From NCBI GenBank assembly GCA_020637435.1, contig JACJVW010000003.1, positions 4,787 to 68,786 of the forward strand: a stretch of 64,000 nt of DNA, read 5' to 3'. The position numbers were made by a program, and so were the translations under genes. Positions within the stretch are counted from its first letter, which is position 1; every line of letters starts with the position of its first letter. Below are positions 57,571-64,000 of this stretch, in pieces. This stretch comes from Candidatus Woesearchaeota archaeon (GTDB lineage: Archaea > Nanobdellota > Nanobdellia > Woesearchaeales > JACJVW01). The notes under the pieces were generated by a model. The model saw nothing but the letters and a program-made list of their open reading frames with translations. It did not search any database and was not told where the DNA came from.

Positions 57571-58746
57571 TCATTTAGAAGGGTAAAGCCTTGATATTTT
57601 TTCTTTGCGCATGAAGGGTTCAAGTTCTTTACGGACCTCTAAGGGCCATTCTTTGTTTTCCAGTATTTTAGCGAGCGCCCAGGTATCGACGGATTTAACC
57701 TCGTCTATCCTGCCTATGCGTTGTAGTGTGTTGACCAGTCCCGGGTACTCAGGGTCATTCTTGTTGGGCAACTTGACGACCTCTTTGGACCATATTCTTA
57801 TCCTGGTATCTTTGCTATAGACTGTCAGCATATTCTGCTTCTCTGCTTGTATGAGTATAGCTTCTTTTATCTTATTGAGCTCGACTTCAACCTTATTCTT
57901 CTCTTCTGATGTTCGCATATAGCTGTCGACCAGACTTGCCATCTCATCGGACAGGTATTTATTGTCGAGCAGACGATTGATCTCCCAGAGGTGCTTGAAA
58001 TGAGGACATATGGGCTGAAATTCGCACCACCCGCACAGTGCAGTCTTGTTATCCGGGAATTCTGTCGCAGCTTCAATCTTCTTGACGTTCGCTTTCGTCT
58101 CGTCCAGCGTCTTTAGGAGATCCTCTTCTGTCTTCTCTATGATAACGTCCTTATCGAACGCAAGCATGTGCCATACCAGTCTTACTCTTTTACAATCCTG
58201 ATACTTTTTCTTGATAGCAATTGCGTATAATGCCAGCTGTCTGTCATTGTCCGCATCTTCAGCGGTCTTAAGAGAATTTGATGTCTTGTAGTCATGGATG
58301 GTGTACAGACCATCTCCTTCGTACGAGAGGCGGTCGATGTAGCCTTGCAGCTGATGCTGGTCATCGAGGTCAAAAAGGATATATTCTTCCACTCCTATGG
58401 TCTTATCCTGGTCAAAGGGAGCGAACCTATCATAATATTCAGAGATGAAACGTACGCCCATGGCGCGGTAATCATCTACTGTGTAGTCTTCACGGACGAC
58501 TAGGATGCCTTCCTGCCATTCTTTATCCCACTGGTTCTGATAGAATTCGATGAGATCCTGCAACTGATTCTTGCGTTCAAACTGCAGATCTTTGTAAAGT
58601 TTCTCAAGCGCTTCGTGCACGCGTGAACCCATGAAGGCTTCGATAGTGCCCTTGATCTGTGTCTTGGCCTTCTCGATGTAGTTGAAGCGGTATTTTAGGG
58701 GGCATGAGTTGTATGTTTCTATCTTAGAATGTGAGTACAGGGTCAT
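57571..58746 (-). CDS. PD-(D/E)XK RecB-family nuclease with probable Fe-S cluster
   Basis: YSHS.I...CP.KY, G.IDRL, HDYKT, QL..Y, CGWCEFQPICP. Confidence 0.9.
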   Translation of the reverse strand: MTLYSHSKIETYNSCPLKYRFNYIEKAKTQIKGTIEAFMGSRVHEALEKLYKDLQFERKNQLQDLIEFYQNQWDKEWQEGILVVREDYTVDDYRAMGVRFISEYYDRFAPFDQDKTIGVEEYILFDLDDQHQLQGYIDRLSYEGDGLYTIHDYKTSNSLKTAEDADNDRQLALYAIAIKKKYQDCKRVRLVWHMLAFDKDVIIEKTEEDLLKTLDETKANVKKIEAATEFPDNKTALCGWCEFQPICPHFKHLWEINRLLDNKYLSDEMASLVDSYMRTSEEKNKVEVELNKIKEAILIQAEKQNMLTVYSKDTRIRIWSKEVVKLPNKNDPEYPGLVNTLQRIGRIDEVKSVDTWALAKILENKEWPLEVRKELEPFMRKEKISRLYPSK

Positions 58747-58922
58747 AACAAGCCTCGTTTCTCATACTCTTCTTTCTTAACACCGCGCTTGATGTCAGCG
58801 TATTTATCATCAGGAGAATATTTTGGAGGTCGCTTCTGTTCGGTAACCGCATCGCATACAGGACATTTCTCCTGCATCGTGTATTTGTCGCAAGCTTTGC
58901 AGAAACGGATGGTTCGTGCCAT
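58743..58922 (-). CDS. nop10: H/ACA RNP protein Nop10
   Basis: CKACDKYTM...CPVC....PPKYSPDDKY; manual translation (59 aa); canonical position after aIF2-alpha. Confidence 0.93.
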   Translation of the reverse strand: MARTIRFCKACDKYTMQEKCPVCDAVTEQKRPPKYSPDDKYADIKRGVKKEEYEKRGLL

Positions 58923-58925
58923 CTT

Positions 58926-59696
58926 CTAATCACGATTGAAGCTGATCACGCCATCAGCTTTGGCAAGGACTTTCTCTACTTTAGAGACAGCTTCTTTAAG
59001 AATCAATTCGGCGTCTTTGTAGTTGTCGGATTCTACACGGAACTGATATTTGCCTCCGCCAAGGTATTTGCAGTCTAAACCTTCAGTACCTTTGATGGTG
59101 GAGAAAGCTTTCTTAATTATCTCCACTCCTTCTTTTTCATAGAGGGTTGCGGACAAGGTACCTTCGATGTCGACGATAGGAGGTTTGATCCTCTGGCGAA
59201 CAATCTCTTCAAGCTGTTCAGCAAGGTGTTTATCAAGCTTGAATTTCTTGAAATCTGCCTTATCGTCCACTACTTCTTCGAAGAATTCGTAGAGTGAACC
59301 ATGCTCTTCCATGGCGATAGGATTAATCTTGTCGAAGAGCTCTTCAGTCTTTATCTTGTTGTCTTTAGCGACGAACTCAAGGATCTTCTCAGCTTTCTGT
59401 TCCTGCTTGACTTCGTTTATCTTACCTCTGCGCTGGTTCTCATTGACCCTGCGCAGCGAAAGATCGATATGACCTCGTTCCTTGTTGATCCTTAGAACTT
59501 TACAGACGATGACCTTGTCTTCTTTTACAAAGTCCCGTATGTTCCTGATCCTTCCGGGTGAGATCTCAGAAATATGTATCATGCCATTCTTATTGTACTC
59601 GTCAAGTTTGACGAACACAGAATGGAATTGCACGTTCGTTACCGTACAAAGAACAATTTCGTTCTCTTCCGGAAATCCCGTGTACTTGAGCAGCAT
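58926..59696 (-). CDS. eif2a: translation initiation factor aIF2 alpha subunit
   Basis: S1 domain FPEE.E.V..TV, IHISEI, GHIDLSLRRV; YLGGGKY. Confidence 0.97.
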   Translation of the reverse strand: MLLKYTGFPEENEIVLCTVTNVQFHSVFVKLDEYNKNGMIHISEISPGRIRNIRDFVKEDKVIVCKVLRINKERGHIDLSLRRVNENQRRGKINEVKQEQKAEKILEFVAKDNKIKTEELFDKINPIAMEEHGSLYEFFEEVVDDKADFKKFKLDKHLAEQLEEIVRQRIKPPIVDIEGTLSATLYEKEGVEIIKKAFSTIKGTEGLDCKYLGGGKYQFRVESDNYKDAELILKEAVSKVEKVLAKADGVISFNRD

Positions 59697-59873
59697 TTAC
59701 TCAAGTACCTCAAGAACTCGTGCTTTTACCTTTGCTTTGCCGCCAGCTGGTTCTGCAAGGACTTTGCCGCAAACAAGGCATTTGACCTGTGAAGAGGCTT
59801 TTCCGAACATAATCTGCTCGTTTCGGCATTTAGGACACCGGATCTTGATGAATTTGCTTGTTGGTTCTGCCAT
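59697..59873 (-). CDS. rps27e: 30S ribosomal protein S27e
   Basis: SKFIKIRCPKC.NEQI.F......C..C...L..P.GGKA. Confidence 0.97.
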   Translation of the reverse strand: MAEPTSKFIKIRCPKCRNEQIMFGKASSQVKCLVCGKVLAEPAGGKAKVKARVLEVLE

Positions 59874-59973
59874 CGTAAAAATCTCCATATAATATACTCT
59901 GTGAATAATAGGCGGTTTATAAAGGTTTGCAAGCCTGTAAACGCTGAATAGAACAGAAATTGGGAAGAAAAAA

Positions 59974-60825
59974 TTAATCCTTTAGATACAGGATTTTTGA
60001 AGGTCCACCAAAGTCAGGTTTAGTCCTGTCATAAGCGTACGTAGAGATAAGCAGACCACCATCGATAGGTGCGATACCTGTTCCATTGATGCCTGGAATC
60101 TTCATCTGTAGGGCTTTCTTATCTTCAAGCGCTGCTTCAATGCCATTATCTAGGGATAATGCATAGATACCTGCTGTAACGTTGGATCTTTGATCAGGCA
60201 TAATGAGTAGTTCCCCTTCATGCTCAGCAAGACCGTACATGAATGTTGCAACTTCTGCATCTTTGCTGTTCTTCTGGATAGCTTTGAAACCTGCCAGAGG
60301 GACTTTTCCTATAGCGATCATCTCACCACTTGGGGCGATGTCGTATACTCCTAACTGGGTATTTTCATAGTTTTCGATTGTTACGATCTCACCACTTTTT
60401 AGTCTGGTGAAGTACTCGATCATATCACTGGTGTCTCCAAATACTTGTGGTTCAGGAACTGCATGACCGTTAAGGATTGCTTCAAGATCAACAATGCTAA
60501 GCTCTTTAGCACCATTCTGGAGATATAGCATCTTAGATGTGTCAGTTGGATCAATCTGAGCTACCTGGGCTCTAGGACTTAACTGGGCATCAGGTGTTCC
60601 GCTCCAGAGCTTTACAGTCTTACCATCTCCAGTTTGATCAACATACAGGTGGTTACCTAGAAATCTTTCTACTTCTAGACTTGGTGCTCTGTTCTGCATC
60701 TCAACAGAGTTAATAGTAAATCCTGGATCGAAATATTGTGCTGTAACAACTTTTCCATTAGTGGATGTGATGCCTGCGATAGGAGTAGCGCAAACGTAGA
60801 GTTCAATGAGTTTTGCGGATTTCAT
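59974..60825 (-). CDS. hypothetical protein, possibly beta-propeller
   Basis: 283-aa beta-rich ORF. Confidence 0.55.
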   Translation of the reverse strand: MKSAKLIELYVCATPIAGITSTNGKVVTAQYFDPGFTINSVEMQNRAPSLEVERFLGNHLYVDQTGDGKTVKLWSGTPDAQLSPRAQVAQIDPTDTSKMLYLQNGAKELSIVDLEAILNGHAVPEPQVFGDTSDMIEYFTRLKSGEIVTIENYENTQLGVYDIAPSGEMIAIGKVPLAGFKAIQKNSKDAEVATFMYGLAEHEGELLIMPDQRSNVTAGIYALSLDNGIEAALEDKKALQMKIPGINGTGIAPIDGGLLISTYAYDRTKPDFGGPSKILYLKD

Positions 60826-60874
60826 ACTTTAAAAAGAATTTAAATTTATTTATAAAAGTAGTGCCAATTATGGG

Positions 60875-61531
60875 CTATTTATAGAATTCAACTTCGCCTT
60901 CGAAGTATACGCCCTTTTTTAGCTCCACAGGGCGCCAATCGTCTTTGACGAGGACTGCGCCCAGCCAGTCAGCTAACTCTTCAGGGTTGCCTATTGTCGC
61001 GCTCAGGCCGAGAATCTGAATGTCTTTGATGAGGCGCCTGAGCATGATGATGATGATCTCGAGTGTCGGCCCTCTACCCTGGTCGTTAAGGAGATGGATT
61101 TCGTCGATGACGACGAGCGAAACCTGCTGAAGCCATTCACATTTATGCCGCATGAGGCTGTCGAGCTTTTCGGCGGTGCAGACGATGAGGTCGTACTCAG
61201 CAAGATAGTTATCTGTCTTGTCAAGGTCGCCAGAAGAAAGCGCAGTACGGAAGAGTGAGTCGTATTTCTTCTTGAATTCATGGAATTTCTCGCTTGCGAG
61301 CGCTTTTAGTGGAACTATGTAGATGGCTTTGCCTTTTTTTTCAAGGAAGTGATTGAGGAATGCCATCTCCGCGATGACTGTTTTTCCTGAAGCAGTAGGA
61401 GTACAGATGAGCATGCTCTTGAAATCCAGCAGACCGTCTTCGACTGCTTTTTCCTGGCCAGGGCGGAGTTTCTCTATGCCGTGAGAGGTAAGAAGCTCAT
61501 TTATCTTTGGAGGGAGTCGGTCAGGGAGCAT
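60875..61531 (-). CDS. Ski2/Hel308-like helicase, first RecA domain only
   Basis: LRPGQ Q-motif, TPTASGKT, VPLKALA, TAEK, IDEIH, LSAT; stop shortly after WRPV. Confidence 0.85.
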   Translation of the reverse strand: MLPDRLPPKINELLTSHGIEKLRPGQEKAVEDGLLDFKSMLICTPTASGKTVIAEMAFLNHFLEKKGKAIYIVPLKALASEKFHEFKKKYDSLFRTALSSGDLDKTDNYLAEYDLIVCTAEKLDSLMRHKCEWLQQVSLVVIDEIHLLNDQGRGPTLEIIIIMLRRLIKDIQILGLSATIGNPEELADWLGAVLVKDDWRPVELKKGVYFEGEVEFYK

Positions 61532-61630
61532 TGGGTTATGGGGTTGGAGGTGTCATATAAAGGTTTGGTGCTCTTAAAGTCATTTTGACTGTACTATGGA
61601 GATCTTAGAGCATTTTGCTAGGGTAGTCAG

Positions 61631-61855
61631 TCTCTTCGCTATAGGGTTTTTGCAACTATGTTCTAATAAGTAATAATACTTGTACTCAGAGAAAAATCTT
61701 TTACCGTACATGAGAAAGATGTTTTTTCACAAACACCCTCTTTCTCATGCTTCTTTTTCTCTTCGCTATAGGTTTTTTGCAACTATGTTCTAATAAGTGA
61801 TGATATTTGCACTCAGAGAAAAATCTTTTATCGTACATGAGAAAGAGGGTGTTTG
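61631..61855. repeat. two direct repeats of about 89 bp (period 127) with a perfect 20-bp inverted repeat
   Basis: Copies start at 61631 and 61758; 61730-49 is the reverse complement of 61836-55. Confidence 0.9.
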
Positions 61856-61891
61856 AAAATAAAAGGTAATAAAAAAATAAAAGCTAGGCTT

Positions 61892-64000
61892 TTACTCTTC
61901 GTCGCCCATCATCTCTTCTTCTTCCATGTGGGTTACTTGAGAGACTTTGGTGTCGCTGAAGGTTGTACTGGTTCCTGCAACTTCAACTTCCATTCCGCTT
62001 AGCGGGAAGGAGGTGTAGTCTGCAAGGACACGAGCTGCTCTTCGAGTATCAAGTGCAGTTGCACCTGCTACAAGCATAGCTACCTTGTTGCCATTTTCGT
62101 ATAGCTTGATGATAGCTTTGCCTTCTTCGAAGCCTTTAGTACATGGGGATGGATTTCCCATGAGCTGTGCAGCTACTGCGTTTGCGCAAGGACCACCCAC
62201 AACAATCATGTTCTGACCTGCAACATTGCTAACTTCACTAGCTAGCTTTGCAGTTCCAACAGTGATTGGGGTCACTTCGGTAGAAGTGATAGATCCGCCT
62301 GCGCTTCCTTCAAGGACGCTGGTAGACGTTACGCCAGAGCTTACATAGACATCGAAGGTAACTTCGTTTTCTGGGTACATGATGGAGATTTTACCCTGCT
62401 CATCTGTATCATAGATGATGTGGGTACCATATCCAGTCCAGCTCTCTTCGTAATTGTCTTTGCTGTCCCATGACTCAGTGTCAAGTACCTGGTTGCCAGA
62501 GATATCAATTGCCGCAAGAGATGCTACCTTAAGCTCTTCAGTTTCAGAACCATGCTGGTTAACTGTAACTACGAAGCCGTCAGTGTAGTCTGCATGGGAA
62601 AAGTCGTCTCTCTCTTCTTCGTACACATAGACACGACCAGTTCCTGCTGCTCCTTCAGTTGCGTTGATAATAACTTTAGCACCGCCTTTGGTGTAAAGGA
62701 CAGCAGTCTCATCAGATCCGTCCTGGTCGCTTCCGAAGTCAGTGAAGTCGACAGTTTCAGCACCACAGTCTGCGCTGAAGGAATAGGTCTTACCATCTAG
62801 GATAAGGTCATAAGTACCTACGCCGTTGCAGCTGCCTGCGGAAATCTTGGAGATCTCACCGGTTGCTACGTTCTTGAACCATACTTCGTCATCGGAGTCC
62901 TGGAACTTGTTCACCTGCATGACCTTACTATACTCGTCTTCAGACAGGATGAAATAGTTGTCTTTGACAAGTGAGGTAGCTGGGTCAAGTACAAGGATCT
63001 TATCGTTCGTACCGTCTTCACCGAGAGCAACATCGCCGCCATCGATGTGGAATACATCGAAGCTGAACTCGTCGTCAGTCTTGGTGGTCAGCTTTAGTCT
63101 CATGTTGTCGCCGCTTGGAGAAAGTTCGATTAGCTCAGTTGGACCTACGTTTATTCCAGCGAACTCATAGTCGATGTTCTGTAGGAATAGGTTGCCCTTC
63201 TCATCGTTATCAAGCTGCTCAGAGAGCTTTCCGCCTTCAGGTACGAAGTATTCTTCAGTGCCTACCCATCTGACCTGGATGTCATTGATAAGAATCTTAT
63301 CAGATGTGTTGGAACCCTTGAAGTTGATCTCTGCATCAACGGTGTCTTCTCCTACATCGAAGGTAGCCCAGTTGTCAGTTGTCCAGTCGCTCTCTTCAAG
63401 AGTAATCTTGGAAGCGCCTAGATAGAACTCAACGATGTCTCCTCCGCCCACTTCAGTACCTTCGTTCTCAAGGATGGTCTTGATACCGATGTCGGTGCCG
63501 TCAGCAAGGGTGTAGGTGTCGTCTTCTTCCAGCTTGTCAGTGACTTCTCCATTAACTTTTAGGATAACAGTGTCGTCGCTGCCGATAGCGATAACTTCAA
63601 CTTCGTAGTCGATACCGTTCAGGGTGTAGGTCTTAGAGGTGTACTCCTCTAGGGTGTCCTGGATAGCGCCGGTGAGGAGTTCCATACTGAGGTCTCCATC
63701 GGTAAGCTCTGTGTTCAGGATAGTGTACTCCTGTCCAAGAAGAGTGATCTTCTTGTTTTCGATATCGTCCAGTTCGTTGCTCTTGTCTGCGTCGATGTCA
63801 GACTCAAGTGCTGGCTGGAAGGTTGCTTTGTAGACATATATTGTGTCTGCGTCTGGAAAGTTCAGATACATAGCAGGGTCATCGCTCTGGTCATCATCGA
63901 TGCCGAACATAGTGGTAGCACCGGTTGATATGTCGATGAACTGATTGTATTTGAAGCTGCCCTTCTGGTTAGAGATTGAACCGCTGGAAAGTGATTCTAG
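61892..64000 (-). CDS. S-layer protein, 5' end beyond window
   Basis: Acidic beta-rich body; C-terminal NMIVVGGPCAN..AA...LVAG....DTRRAA.VL domain; frame open to the window edge. Confidence 0.9.
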   Translation of the reverse strand, partial: LESLSSGSISNQKGSFKYNQFIDISTGATTMFGIDDDQSDDPAMYLNFPDADTIYVYKATFQPALESDIDADKSNELDDIENKKITLLGQEYTILNTELTDGDLSMELLTGAIQDTLEEYTSKTYTLNGIDYEVEVIAIGSDDTVILKVNGEVTDKLEEDDTYTLADGTDIGIKTILENEGTEVGGGDIVEFYLGASKITLEESDWTTDNWATFDVGEDTVDAEINFKGSNTSDKILINDIQVRWVGTEEYFVPEGGKLSEQLDNDEKGNLFLQNIDYEFAGINVGPTELIELSPSGDNMRLKLTTKTDDEFSFDVFHIDGGDVALGEDGTNDKILVLDPATSLVKDNYFILSEDEYSKVMQVNKFQDSDDEVWFKNVATGEISKISAGSCNGVGTYDLILDGKTYSFSADCGAETVDFTDFGSDQDGSDETAVLYTKGGAKVIINATEGAAGTGRVYVYEEERDDFSHADYTDGFVVTVNQHGSETEELKVASLAAIDISGNQVLDTESWDSKDNYEESWTGYGTHIIYDTDEQGKISIMYPENEVTFDVYVSSGVTSTSVLEGSAGGSITSTEVTPITVGTAKLASEVSNVAGQNMIVVGGPCANAVAAQLMGNPSPCTKGFEEGKAIIKLYENGNKVAMLVAGATALDTRRAARVLADYTSFPLSGMEVEVAGTSTTFSDTKVSQVTHMEEEEMMGDEE

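Noticed and set aside
57571-58746. Cas4 or CRISPR adaptation module
   Set aside because: No cas1, cas2 or array nearby; better treated as a stand-alone RecB-family nuclease
59890-59973. Missing rpl44e upstream of rps27e
   Set aside because: Simple relocation elsewhere in the genome is likely and cannot be judged from this window
379-63833. Numerous antisense or nested ORFs in the six-frame track (e.g. 1302..1904, 7257..7745, 48754..49365, 39922..40557)
   Set aside because: Shadows of well-supported genes on the other strand or frame, with no motifs or start signals

Overview
Gene-dense archaeal chromosome segment, most consistent with a DPANN archaeon of Woesearchaeota type. This is an inference from TBP, aIF2-alpha, eL15, eL33/L35Ae, eS27, Nop10, GINS, RFC-L, an S-layer gene, many class III signal-peptide pilin-like genes and bacterial-type FBPase/aldolase. 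About 60 CDS and five intron-containing tRNA genes (Lys-CTT, Leu-TAA, Ala-GGC, Pro-CGG, Pro-GGG) were identified. I saw no CRISPR array, rRNA, integrase or transposase. Standout observations: (1) A 21-codon leader ORF ending FGFSFGFFYWY lies directly upstream of a DAHP synthase that lacks a regulatory domain, a candidate aromatic-amino-acid attenuator in an archaeon. (2) Four tRNA genes are flanked by partial tRNA copies carrying conserved modular hairpin cassettes inserted in the T-loop or D-loop. (3) CcdA appears circularly permuted. (4) An orphan structured RNA of about 180-200 nt has its own TATA-like box and terminator. (5) Two Pro tRNAs carry non-canonical D-loop introns. (6) A RelA/SpoT-type synthetase is present. 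All calls come from motif recognition and manual base-pairing; no database search or folding program was run.
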